Numbered from the stretch's first letter, positions 50,881 to 60,878 are shown. The stretch is 64,000 nucleotides of DNA from Phormidium sp. (GCA_051013385.1 CP143273.1:1888001-1952000); one strand, 5' to 3'. Made by a program: numbers and translations. The notes: generated by a model not told the origin, from the sequence alone.

Positions 50881-51444
50881 CTATCTCCCTACTAAATGGT
50901 TGAATTGAAGGTGATGTGGAGAGCTAATCTTCAGCATCCGATCTGGACGGTCATGAATGCTATTTTTAGGATTACGTGATGGTTTTTTGGGAATACTGAT
51001 ATCCCTAATGCTGACGAAACGATATTCATAATTTTTCAGGAAACTTGGCTGATTCCAAAATGACTGACCAATTTCTCGACAATAGGCAACGAAACACTGC
51101 GCTCCTTGAAGTTGTCTAATAATATCTGTCTCCGATCCTCCTTTCCCTGCCTTCATCTCAATACAGAGAATGACCTTTTTCTGACTAGTATTAGCAATGA
51201 TGACAAAATCAGCACATTTACATTCTCCACTCTTTCCTTTAAAAATTGCATTTGCTGAACTAAAAGCATCTGCCTTAATGATAATGACCTCATCATCATC
51301 GGGCATTCCAATAATAGTTACCGAATAGTTTGCAGGAGGAGGTTCTTTGAGCTTGACCTGTTTTTTACCATTGCCATAGGGATCTTCCAATGACACTATA
51401 GCGTTATCCTTGATCATCTCTTTGAGGATAGCAATATCGGACAT
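50881..51444 (-). CDS. Hypothetical protein, possible PD-(D/E)xK nuclease
   Basis: CADFVII...CIEMKAG...QL pattern; translationally coupled to the ATPase. Confidence 0.6.
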   Translation of the reverse strand: MSDIAILKEMIKDNAIVSLEDPYGNGKKQVKLKEPPPANYSVTIIGMPDDDEVIIIKADAFSSANAIFKGKSGECKCADFVIIANTSQKKVILCIEMKAGKGGSETDIIRQLQGAQCFVAYCREIGQSFWNQPSFLKNYEYRFVSIRDISIPKKPSRNPKNSIHDRPDRMLKISSPHHLQFNHLVGR

Positions 51445-52829
51445 TATTCCTTACCCCAGATGATCGCTTCTTGAATCCGGTTCATTGTTTCAATGGTTGG
51501 ATCAAAACTACGGGCTTCAATACCCAATTCTGGGTCAATGTTTGCTGGTGTCAGGGTTTGGCATTTGGTTTTTCTATTTTTTCCTTCAGGCGTTATTAAT
51601 ACTTCTTCGGCGATATAAACTTTTATTTTTTTAGCAGATATTAATTCTTCTGCCCGGTAATTTTCTTCTTTAGCAATTCGTTTGAGATGAGGTTTATCAT
51701 GATTGAGCATAATTAATGTATTTAATTCTTTGATAATATAATCACTGTGGGTAGTAATAAAAACTTTAATACCAAGGTTGATCAATCTAGCGAAAAGTTT
51801 GGCAACGCGACGTTGATTTTCTGGGTGTAGATTCAATTCAGGTTCATCTATCATCAATAAATCACCAAGTTGCGCCTCATGTTTGAGATAAAAACCGATG
51901 TCTAGTAGAGAACGGACAGCACTAGAACTTTGATCCATAGAAAGCTTGACCCGTTTACCCTTCGGTACATAATAAAGCTCATCGTTGCGAGTGACAGTAT
52001 ACTCACCACCAATGATATCGGCAAAATCTGCCAATACATCAGGATGATTCTCAGCAATGAAACTACTTTTTTTGAAAATTGTCTCCAGTTCCCGTGTAAA
52101 ATCCACATTCGTCTTTATCGGCAAGGCATAATCTTGATAGACCTTGAATAAAAGGTCCATCGGATTGATATTGTTGTTAGCTTGACCCATTTCTTCAATC
52201 AAACGATTGCGGGCAAAATTTAACTCTTTGCGAAAAATAGCAGCCCCAGTTCGTTCTGCACTGGCGATAAAAGGGCGGGGGATAACCTCAGAAAAAATTA
52301 TGAGTTTTAGTGCATCAGCAATGGTGCGATTAAGTATTTCTCTAGGGATTTTTGCTTTATCTTTTTCAACTAACAGAGTAACAGCTAATTCTCGACTTTC
52401 TTCACTTTTTGTCATCGAGAATATCTCAACATTAGCCGAGCCTATGGTTAGTTCAAAACGGCGAGTTAAACTAATATTTTTAATGTCCAAATTTACTTGA
52501 AATTCAGTTTTTTTAAATAGTTCCTTTGGAGCGGCAAAAATATTTGGTAATTCCTGGGTATATGCCTGACAAGCTTTAGTAACAATCTGTTCGGATTGTT
52601 GGACGTATTCTTGTATATCAATCCGAATTACTCCATCAGCAAGGAGTTGCTCAATCTTGTCATCTTTAATTTCGATCGCAAACATCTGCCGCCAACTATA
52701 TAAAAAGCCAAACAGAGCGTAAGTAGCGTAAGTCTTACCAGTATTATTGCAGCCACAAATGATCGTTAAGTCGCCAAGGGTAAATTCGGCTTGCTTTAAA
52801 GCACCAAGATTTTTAACTTTTATTTTCAT
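51444..52829 (-). CDS. ABC-type/AAA_15 ATPase
   Basis: Walker A GCNNTGKT, SSSAVRS signature, LMIDEPELNLHP and ITTHS. Confidence 0.9.
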   Translation of the reverse strand: MKIKVKNLGALKQAEFTLGDLTIICGCNNTGKTYATYALFGFLYSWRQMFAIEIKDDKIEQLLADGVIRIDIQEYVQQSEQIVTKACQAYTQELPNIFAAPKELFKKTEFQVNLDIKNISLTRRFELTIGSANVEIFSMTKSEESRELAVTLLVEKDKAKIPREILNRTIADALKLIIFSEVIPRPFIASAERTGAAIFRKELNFARNRLIEEMGQANNNINPMDLLFKVYQDYALPIKTNVDFTRELETIFKKSSFIAENHPDVLADFADIIGGEYTVTRNDELYYVPKGKRVKLSMDQSSSAVRSLLDIGFYLKHEAQLGDLLMIDEPELNLHPENQRRVAKLFARLINLGIKVFITTHSDYIIKELNTLIMLNHDKPHLKRIAKEENYRAEELISAKKIKVYIAEEVLITPEGKNRKTKCQTLTPANIDPELGIEARSFDPTIETMNRIQEAIIWGKE

Positions 52830-52974
52830 TCTGTTTTTCCAGGTAACTCAAGTTGCTAGTTATGAGTTTATCTGTTTTCGATCCCCCTAAATCCCCTTTT
52901 AAGGGGATTTAGAATTTGGTTCCCCCTGTTTAAGGGGGGCAAGGGGACTCGAATCCACAATAACTTAACCTATC

Positions 52975-53073
52975 CTATGCAAATATCTCATTTTTAAGAT
53001 TCATCTTTCGGGGGATTTGGCTAGCAGGTAAGGTTTTTAATTTTGCGATCGCTCTTTCAAGTAACTCAGTCAT
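52975..53073 (-). pseudogene. Antitoxin-like N-terminal stub fused to a duplicated gene end
   Basis: MTELLERAIAKLKTLPASQ, then a 19-bp copy of the 3' end of 53469-55736. Confidence 0.55.
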
Positions 53074-53128
53074 AACTGCCACACTTCCTTAATATCAATT
53101 ATTATCGCTTATTTATCAATTAATCTAA

Positions 53129-53431
53129 GTGACAATAATGCACATCGATTACACAGTTCAAATCTGGAAAGAAGACTCGCAATTTATTGCTGATGCAATG
53201 CCCCTAGATGTGATGAGTTCTGGACTAACACCTGAAGCAGCTAGAATTGCTTTAGATGAAGCAGTTCACCTTTTTTTAGTCACTGCTGCCGACATAGGAA
53301 CATTAGATGAAATTCTCCAAGAAACAGGCTATAAATTCCAAGCTGGAAAGTGGATAAGTCCACAATGGGTGGCAATTGAAATTATTAGCCGAAACATAGC
53401 AATTTTAACTGAAGTCGTATTCAGTATATAA
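53129..53431 (+). CDS. HicB-like antitoxin with no adjacent hicA
   Basis: YTVQIWKE..QFIA...PLDVMSSG.T.EAA..ALDEAV.LFL RNase-H-like HicB pattern. Confidence 0.7.
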   Translation: MTIMHIDYTVQIWKEDSQFIADAMPLDVMSSGLTPEAARIALDEAVHLFLVTAADIGTLDEILQETGYKFQAGKWISPQWVAIEIISRNIAILTEVVFSI

Positions 53432-53468
53432 TTGCTATTGGTTTCAAATTACTTCTTCTGCAAACCTC

Positions 53469-55736
53469 TCACTTTTTCGCCCAATCTTTCGGGGGATTTG
53501 GCGGGCACCAAAACAAATTTTTACTAGTTATTCCCAAAGATTCCAAGATTTCTCGCATGACATCTGTACAATACTTCCAATATCCCAAATCGTCATACAT
53601 TTTATCGGGATTGAACTCCAAATTATAATGCAACACATGAGGAAGTTGTGCAAATTCATCGGAAGATTGCGGAGAAATTAACAAAACTCGGAAAGGTTTT
53701 CCCTGACATTTTGCTTTCAATTTATGCAGCAAATTTATCACATAACCGCGATCGGTAATACCTGTGCGAATAAACAATGCTTCGTCACATTTTTTTAGCG
53801 TATACCAAAAGCGTTCCGATCGCGCCGAATAACGCAGGCGCATTCTTTCATAAACTGGAGACATATCATTTAATGGATCGTCTGTTTCTTCGACTTCATG
53901 GGCGAAAGATAAACCCGACCATTTGCCGTGATATATTCTCCTTTCGTCATGATTGTAATGTAAAAAGTAAGGATTCCACATATCAGAGAATCCATTTTCA
54001 ATCATGTCTGCTACATCACCAAGATTGGTACTTCTTGTTAAATCAAAGGGAAAAGCTGGCCCATCATATTCCATTTTGTATAACAACATTCTGGCGGCAC
54101 AGCGATCGCCTAATGGCAGAATCGCTACTCGGCTAATATCTGTTAATTTACACTTGTATTGAAAAATTACCGATGATTTACCTGGCACTTTAACTCGGCT
54201 TTCCAATCCATCTTTGCCAATCATCATTGTCCGAAAAGGTAAATCTGGTTCAATTAAATCTTCATAAACACCTTCTGGCATTTCTTTGAGGGCTTTGCGT
54301 ACTTCCTTCCACATTGGATGGATGTTATATTCGTCGTCTGATTCGTTGATTACCCGGAGAGTAGTTTCGCTTTCTTTGAATATTCCTAAAAGTTCGTCGT
54401 AGTGTAAAACTTGGGCGGATTTTGTGGTAAATAAATTGAAAGCGGCGCTATATTCAATGTCAGCACTAGGGGGAATATTTACGCTGGTTTCGATCGCACC
54501 ATCCTCGCGCACCCAAAAATAGGGAACTGTACCTTTTTCTACCTTTTTGCTAATATAAATCCCTGGAATCAATCCGGCTTTACTTTGAATATGTGCTTGC
54601 AGTTCTTCCCAATAGGTTGCGATCGTGTAAGTATTTTTGGAAGTATTAATAACTCGCAAACTCTTCTCTTCTTGACAAGCGAAAACATGGAAACCCCAAT
54701 TATCACGATAAATTGGTAGTTCCTGCTTTTGAGTAGAGAGTTGTTTGGCTTGAATTAATTTGTTTTTGTCGATGTCGAAGATGCGGAGATCGATCGCCTC
54801 AAACATCAACCGATGCCCTAAACTATTAGGATGTGCTGGATCGGAAGAAATCCCAGCTTTCCAACGCCCCGCCCCATCATCCAGTACATCCAGCCAATCT
54901 AGCACCGGAACGCCCCAATTTAGCATTCGATTGTGCGTATCGCGCAACAGCCAATTATGTTCTGCATAGTAATCCCCATTCGGGTATAATCCAGCTAAAA
55001 TGGGCATTGCTCCCAATTCTTTGGTCATTTTGACGAGTTGCTGCAATCCCCTTTCAAAACGGCGTTGTACCACCCGTCTTTGGTGAGGTGGACAATGCGC
55101 TAACCCCTCGTTACCGAGAGAAAGGGCAATAATCACAATATCCGGTTGTTCTGGTGCGACTACCAAGGGAAATCTGTCAATTGTAGTGCTAACATTAGCC
55201 CCCACTTCTGATACATTCACCAGTATGTGACCGTATTTTTCCGGCAATGCTTGGGACAAATGCCAAGCCCAACCGCGCAACAACCAGGAATTGCAACCTA
55301 AAGCTACAGAACTGCCAATAACCGCGATTTTTAAACCTTCATTTCTTTTAATGACTGGTTTTTGGGCAATAGGTTGCTGAAAATATCCGTAGGGAAAAGG
55401 TTGCACCCAACCAAACCAACCATCTTCTACGATAATTGGGGATGGTGGTAGGTCAGATTCTAATGGTATCCAACGATTATTTCCCCAAGCTTCCCATTGC
55501 ACACTACCATCTGCACTAATTCGCACATACTTATATTTAATGTTTTGCTCATTGGGTGACTCTAAGGACGAAGGAACGTTTATTTCAATTTCCGTCCACC
55601 ACAAAGGGTAACTTTCGCCGCTGGTATGTAGAGGTACGCACTTATTTATGTCCCACATTCCTAACTCAGGAGTTGAACCGACAAGTGCAATAAATTCTCC
55701 CCTTTGCGTGTGCGCCCTTACTTGGAACCGATACAT
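53469..55736 (-). CDS. CBM20 + SGNH/GDSL esterase + DUF1796-like multidomain protein
   Basis: GEFIALVGS.PELG.W...YP.W (CBM20); GSS, G.N, GN and DPAHPN (SGNH); PLGDRC...AFPFD (DUF1796). Confidence 0.8.
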   Translation of the reverse strand: MYRFQVRAHTQRGEFIALVGSTPELGMWDINKCVPLHTSGESYPLWWTEIEINVPSSLESPNEQNIKYKYVRISADGSVQWEAWGNNRWIPLESDLPPSPIIVEDGWFGWVQPFPYGYFQQPIAQKPVIKRNEGLKIAVIGSSVALGCNSWLLRGWAWHLSQALPEKYGHILVNVSEVGANVSTTIDRFPLVVAPEQPDIVIIALSLGNEGLAHCPPHQRRVVQRRFERGLQQLVKMTKELGAMPILAGLYPNGDYYAEHNWLLRDTHNRMLNWGVPVLDWLDVLDDGAGRWKAGISSDPAHPNSLGHRLMFEAIDLRIFDIDKNKLIQAKQLSTQKQELPIYRDNWGFHVFACQEEKSLRVINTSKNTYTIATYWEELQAHIQSKAGLIPGIYISKKVEKGTVPYFWVREDGAIETSVNIPPSADIEYSAAFNLFTTKSAQVLHYDELLGIFKESETTLRVINESDDEYNIHPMWKEVRKALKEMPEGVYEDLIEPDLPFRTMMIGKDGLESRVKVPGKSSVIFQYKCKLTDISRVAILPLGDRCAARMLLYKMEYDGPAFPFDLTRSTNLGDVADMIENGFSDMWNPYFLHYNHDERRIYHGKWSGLSFAHEVEETDDPLNDMSPVYERMRLRYSARSERFWYTLKKCDEALFIRTGITDRGYVINLLHKLKAKCQGKPFRVLLISPQSSDEFAQLPHVLHYNLEFNPDKMYDDLGYWKYCTDVMREILESLGITSKNLFWCPPNPPKDWAKK

Positions 55737-55900
55737 ATATTTCTCTTCTAATGCTTAAAAATACTATGCCAGACAATGTTAAATAATCAAAACGAAAATG
55801 CAAACTGCATATCTATATAAAAGATTCAGAGTTTACAAAGTTGTTTTGAGAGTATCACAACTATTCATCAATGTCTGTCTTGCAGCACACCAAAGCAATT

Positions 55901-55934
55901 AGATCCCCGACAACTTCTGCGAAGTCGGGGATCT
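55901..55934. repeat. AGATCCCCGAC...GTCGGGGATCT palindrome family
   Basis: Second copy at 62934-62970; both lie just downstream of minus-strand genes. Confidence 0.8.
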
Positions 55935-55935
55935 T

Positions 55936-56430
55936 TTACCATCCCCATGTACCAGGGCCACCTTTAAAAGGCCCAACAATATCAGCTGTAATCCATCCGC
56001 CATAAAAATCGCCTGGTTGGGGTGTGACTAACTCATCATTGACGTAGCAAGCATCCATTAAACTGGCATTAAATCCATAGTATCCTTGAATTGATTCAAA
56101 ACCAGGGGTGGACTGAAAGTATGTCCAAGCAGCTTGATTTATGTACTTATCACCAATGCTGACATCATAATATTGCCAATACCCTTTCCATTCACACAAA
56201 CCTTTTTTAGGTGTGGCAATTAAATGTTCTAGTTTAATATCTTCAGGAGGGAAGTAGTAGGCAGGAGGATGACTTGTTTCTAGGACTCTTTTGCCGTTGT
56301 TAGTTTCGGCTAAAACAATGCCATTACAAATTACCTTGAGGTGTTTATTGGTATCTTCTAAGCGTGCTGGACGCGGGTAATCCCAAACTGATTCTTGACC
56401 GGGTTTCGGTGGTATTGGATTTGGTCTCAT
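55936..56430 (-). CDS. DUF427 domain protein
   Basis: ESVWDYPRP, ETSHPP.YY, CEWKG and FYGGWIT motifs. Confidence 0.9.
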   Translation of the reverse strand: MRPNPIPPKPGQESVWDYPRPARLEDTNKHLKVICNGIVLAETNNGKRVLETSHPPAYYFPPEDIKLEHLIATPKKGLCEWKGYWQYYDVSIGDKYINQAAWTYFQSTPGFESIQGYYGFNASLMDACYVNDELVTPQPGDFYGGWITADIVGPFKGGPGTWGW

Positions 56431-56558
56431 GGTGATTGTTTTCCTGATTTAATGAGTTTAGGTTATTTGGCGATCGCACACCGTTACCGATGCAATTACC
56501 ACTTAGTTTTAAAATGGATAACAATGGTTAATTATAAACCAATTCGTCAGGAGCCAAA

Positions 56559-58088
56559 ATGTTTTTTACTCAATACGCCCCAGAAATTCTCCTCCGCATG
56601 GGGCAACATTTAATTTTAGTAGCGATCGCCATGACAATAGCAACTGCGATCGGCATTCCTTTAGGCATCCTGATCGCACGCCAACCAAAAATTGCCCAAC
56701 CCATTCTCGGTGTTGCCAACGCCATTCAAACCATCCCCAGTTTAGCAATTTTTGGCTTCCTAATTTCTGTACCATTTCTCGGAGGAATTGGCACAACTCC
56801 CGCGATTGTTGCTTTAACTTTGTACGCTTTACTCCCGCTAATTCGCAATACTTATATTGGCATTAATAATGTCGATCCCGCAATTCGAGAAGCCGGAAGA
56901 GGGATGGGAATGACAGATAATGAATTGCTGTTTCAAGTAGAAATTCCTCTAGCTTTAGGTGTAATTTTAGCAGGAGTCAGGGTAGCTACAGTTATTTCTG
57001 TGGGAGTTGCGACTATTGCAGCTGCGATCGGTGCTGGCGGATTGGGAGTATTTATTTTTCGCGGGATTGCTTCAGTTAACAATCAGTTAATTTTAGCAGG
57101 AGCCGTACCCGCTGCTGTTATCGCTTTAGGGGCAGATTTTTTCTTAGGTTGGGTAGAAAAGCAACTCACAGAAAACAGACAAATAAAAGAAAAGTTTAAT
57201 CGCAAAATTGCTGTTGCTTTTGGCATATTAATCTTAATGATACTGGGATTATTTGTGTTTGTCAACCGACCAACCGCGCCGACAATTGCGATCGGTGGAA
57301 AAAATTTCACTGAACAGTTTATTTTGGGGGAAATTATCGCTCAACAAATTGAATCCCGCACTAAACTAAAGGTCGATCGACGCTTCAATTTAGGAGGAAC
57401 TTTCATCGTTCATGAAGCTGTAAAAGCAGGGAAAATTGCCGGATATGTGGAATACACAGGAACAGCATTGACAGCTATCTTAAAACAAGAGCCAATCAAA
57501 GACCCGGAAATTGTCTATCAAAAAGTCAAGCAAGAGTACGACAAAAAATTCAACTTAGAAGTCTTGCAGTCTTTAGGATTTAACAGTACCTACGCGATGA
57601 TTATTCGCGGAGAAGATGCTAGACGTTTAAACATCAAAACTCTTTCCGAAGCTGCCAAATATACTCCCCAATGGCAAGCAGGATTTTGGTATGAATTTCT
57701 GGAGAGAAAAGACGGTTATGAAGGGTTAGTTAAGACTTATGGCTTCAAATTTACCAAACCTCCGAAACAAATGGAGTTAGGATTAATGTATCAAGCTTTA
57801 AAAGAAAAGCAAGTAGATTTTGTGGCAGCAAATGCTACAGATGGCTTGATTCCTGTGCTGGATTTAGTGATTTTGGAAGATGACAAAAAGTATTTCCCTC
57901 CTTATGAAGCTATCCCAGTTTTCAATCAAGCAACGCTGCAAAAATATCCAGAATTGCGAGAAGTAATCAATGAATTAGCCGGGTTAATTTCAACTAAAGA
58001 AATGCAAAAGATGAATTATCAAGTAGATAATCAATCTCGTCCGGTTGAAGAAGTTGCCCGGGAGTGGCTGAAATCTAAAAACCTTTAA
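56559..58088 (+). CDS. Glycine betaine/osmoprotectant ABC transporter, permease + substrate-binding fusion
   Basis: QTIPSLA, EAGRGMGMT (EAA loop), GKNFTEQ, YVEYTGT and FPPY motifs. Confidence 0.9.
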   Translation: MFFTQYAPEILLRMGQHLILVAIAMTIATAIGIPLGILIARQPKIAQPILGVANAIQTIPSLAIFGFLISVPFLGGIGTTPAIVALTLYALLPLIRNTYIGINNVDPAIREAGRGMGMTDNELLFQVEIPLALGVILAGVRVATVISVGVATIAAAIGAGGLGVFIFRGIASVNNQLILAGAVPAAVIALGADFFLGWVEKQLTENRQIKEKFNRKIAVAFGILILMILGLFVFVNRPTAPTIAIGGKNFTEQFILGEIIAQQIESRTKLKVDRRFNLGGTFIVHEAVKAGKIAGYVEYTGTALTAILKQEPIKDPEIVYQKVKQEYDKKFNLEVLQSLGFNSTYAMIIRGEDARRLNIKTLSEAAKYTPQWQAGFWYEFLERKDGYEGLVKTYGFKFTKPPKQMELGLMYQALKEKQVDFVAANATDGLIPVLDLVILEDDKKYFPPYEAIPVFNQATLQKYPELREVINELAGLISTKEMQKMNYQVDNQSRPVEEVAREWLKSKNL

Positions 58089-58100
58089 TTTTAGCTTAAT

Positions 58101-59783
58101 CTAAAATGTAAACGAAGTTCGGAGCAACCCAATCCAAATCGGAGGATTTGCAGAATTATGCTCTGGACTTGTAACTACCAAAAATCCAGGAGTGATAAAA
58201 ATTCTATCAGTTATTGGGTAGCGATAAGATAACTCAAAATGCAAAGAAGTATCCGGATCTTCTCGCGCAGAAACATCATTATTTATTACTTTAGGAGGCA
58301 TACCACAAATAAAACTTAATTGCGAACCTGCTTTACCTAAATCTGCTAAAAATGCAGTCAGCGCCCAACTCCAAATATCTGCTTGAGAACCGCGAAAACC
58401 ATTTAAACCGCTAACACTGGGAGAAGCTTCTGCTTTAGCATTAAAGTAGCTAACCCAACCACCTAATATCAGTTTAGTACTGAGTTTGTAAGTAAATTGT
58501 AAACCAAAAGCATTGGAGGAAGTTGCTGTACTTGTACCAAAAGGATATTGAGCGAATACACTACCTTTACTTCCAGTTACGTTATTAGTTATCCCAGGTT
58601 CAGGGGCATAATAATGACCATAAGTAAAAGCAAATCCAAATTGCTTAGTTGGAGTGTAACTTATTTGACTCAAGAGAGTATATTGACCCTTAAATATCCC
58701 TTCACTCACATTGCTAAGGGAATCAGTTAAATAACTAATACCGCCAGCTAATTTGTCAGTGAAATTGTAGTAAATTACTCCACCACCACCAAAAGCAAAA
58801 GAGTAAATCGGACTTTCTGCACCAAAATTTGATATAGAATTAACTGGATTAAAAGCTGGAAAAATCCTCGTAGGAAAGTCGGCAATAGGAGCGATCGCTA
58901 TAATCCCGCGTTTTCCTAAAGGGAATTCATAAAACAAAGTCCCTAATCTGACATTATTGCCAGTGTTTATAGTTAGCAACCGAGTCATTTCTGTGCCAGT
59001 GACACCACTGCCAAAACTGTTAACATTCCCGGCTACTAGTTGGGTTCGCAATCTATCTTTTCCTGTAAAACTGGTATCAAAGTTAAGTACTACTGCTCCT
59101 GATAACGTGGGATTATTATCCAACTTTTCTCTAGATTGACTCCCTGGAGAAATTGCTTTTTTGTCACCAAAAGCACCAATTAAATTAAAATTTACTGCAC
59201 CCCGTAAAACTGTAGTCGGACTAAATTGATGCCTTTCGATAAAAGTTACTCGTTGTTCTATGTTGTCTACTTTGGCAGTAATATTCTTCAGTTCTGTAGC
59301 GAATTCTGCTTGCAATCTTTCGATAACTAGCAAGTCTTCTTTTTGGGGAAATTGATTGTTAAAACTTTCAATTAAACGTCTAACACTGGTTAAGCAATCA
59401 TTTAATCCTGCGGCAAATTCGTAGCGAGTCATCGCTCGATTACCATTGAAATTTCCGCCAGGAGAACCACTAAGACAACGATATTTTTCGACTAAACTTT
59501 GTAATGCTTGATAAGCCCAATGATCGGGAGTTACATCTGACAACTGATGCACATTAGTAATCGTTTCATCCAAATCATCCAAAACGGGAGGAGGACCACT
59601 GTATAGTCTTTCGATTTGTTCAATTGTAGTTTCTTCTGGTTCAGATTCGGGATTATAAGTTACTGATGGTAATTCCTCTGAATTACTTATAAGATTTGTG
59701 TGCCCTAGAACTGGAGATAAAATTAGTAAATTACCACCCAGGATTACTGAGGTAAGAGATAATGAGAGTTTTAAGTTTTTCAT
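58101..59783 (-). CDS. SLH + OprB-type cyanobacterial outer-membrane porin
   Basis: LSDV.P.HWAYQALQSL, MTRYEFAAGL, QFS.TT.L.G, TSFTGKDRL and C-terminal RTSFTF. Confidence 0.92.
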   Translation of the reverse strand: MKNLKLSLSLTSVILGGNLLILSPVLGHTNLISNSEELPSVTYNPESEPEETTIEQIERLYSGPPPVLDDLDETITNVHQLSDVTPDHWAYQALQSLVEKYRCLSGSPGGNFNGNRAMTRYEFAAGLNDCLTSVRRLIESFNNQFPQKEDLLVIERLQAEFATELKNITAKVDNIEQRVTFIERHQFSPTTVLRGAVNFNLIGAFGDKKAISPGSQSREKLDNNPTLSGAVVLNFDTSFTGKDRLRTQLVAGNVNSFGSGVTGTEMTRLLTINTGNNVRLGTLFYEFPLGKRGIIAIAPIADFPTRIFPAFNPVNSISNFGAESPIYSFAFGGGGVIYYNFTDKLAGGISYLTDSLSNVSEGIFKGQYTLLSQISYTPTKQFGFAFTYGHYYAPEPGITNNVTGSKGSVFAQYPFGTSTATSSNAFGLQFTYKLSTKLILGGWVSYFNAKAEASPSVSGLNGFRGSQADIWSWALTAFLADLGKAGSQLSFICGMPPKVINNDVSAREDPDTSLHFELSYRYPITDRIFITPGFLVVTSPEHNSANPPIWIGLLRTSFTF

Positions 59784-59861
59784 GATTGTTTTGACAGATA
59801 CATCCTCACACCTAAAAACCGCTGTGAATCTTCGCGGTAAACATTGTCAAAAACTAGAAGT

Positions 59862-60878
59862 TTAATAAGGTCGAATTGACATTTGAGTTTTTACAGCTTC
59901 GATCGCCCTTTGCGCCACATCTTCAGGAATTCTGGTATACTCTAACTGCTCATTAAACTCTTGACCTTTAGTTAAAATCCAAGTCAACAAATTTTGCGTT
60001 GCCTTCATCGTATCTGGGTTAAGATACTTTTTAGACACCAACAGCCAAGTTAAACTCACCAAAGGATAACCCTCTTCTGGATCTTGGATATCTTCAGTAG
60101 TGAAATCCTCATTAAATTTGACATTTGCTAAAGCTTTCTTGGTTTCTGCTAAAGTTGGTTGAACATAACGACCTTTCTGGTTTTCAATACTAGCAACAGA
60201 CAGATTATTGGCGGTAGCAAAGCTACTTTGAACATAACCGATCGCACCATCAATTCGGCGCACTTCTCCCGCTATTCCACTATCTTCAGGAAAAGCAGAA
60301 TATACCTGAAATCCCCAATTCGGATTTCTACTAGCTGGGATTTTTCCCTTAGTAATTTTGTTAAGATATTTACTCAGAATAAAGCTAGTAGCACAGTTGC
60401 CAGAACAAACTACCACTTGAATTCTTTGATTAGGAAAGCTAGAATCAATCTGTTGCCAATTATTAATTTGACCTGTGAAGATTTTCGCCAGTTGTTCGCG
60501 GGATAATTTAACTTGTTTGGTTACATTTTGCAGGTTATAAACAATAGCTAATGCACCTCCACCTGTAGGCACCATTAACAAACCATCTTCCATTTGATTT
60601 TGCTCAATTGGAGTGGGAATTAAACTACTTCCGCCAAAGTCGATCGACTTTCTCGCAAATAACCGAATCCCACCACCACTGCCAATAGTTGTGTATTTAA
60701 ACCTTTCTCCGGTTTGCTGTTCGTACTCTTTGCTATAACGTTGATAAAGAGGTTCAGCAAAAGAATCACCACCGCCTCTAAGTTGCGCCCAAACAGCATT
60801 ACTCGTCAAAGAAATTGTGGTTATTGTTAATGTGGCAGTTAACTTTTTTTGCCAGTTATTGATTGTCAAGTTTTTCAT
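59862..60878 (-). CDS. PstS/SphX-family periplasmic binding protein with an altered ligand pocket
   Basis: PstS scaffold motifs (IGSGGG, VPTGGGALAIVYNL, IFTGQI..W, GAIGYV, YP....TW), but the RSDGSGT loop reads CSGNCAT. Confidence 0.85.
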   Translation of the reverse strand: MKNLTINNWQKKLTATLTITTISLTSNAVWAQLRGGGDSFAEPLYQRYSKEYEQQTGERFKYTTIGSGGGIRLFARKSIDFGGSSLIPTPIEQNQMEDGLLMVPTGGGALAIVYNLQNVTKQVKLSREQLAKIFTGQINNWQQIDSSFPNQRIQVVVCSGNCATSFILSKYLNKITKGKIPASRNPNWGFQVYSAFPEDSGIAGEVRRIDGAIGYVQSSFATANNLSVASIENQKGRYVQPTLAETKKALANVKFNEDFTTEDIQDPEEGYPLVSLTWLLVSKKYLNPDTMKATQNLLTWILTKGQEFNEQLEYTRIPEDVAQRAIEAVKTQMSIRPY

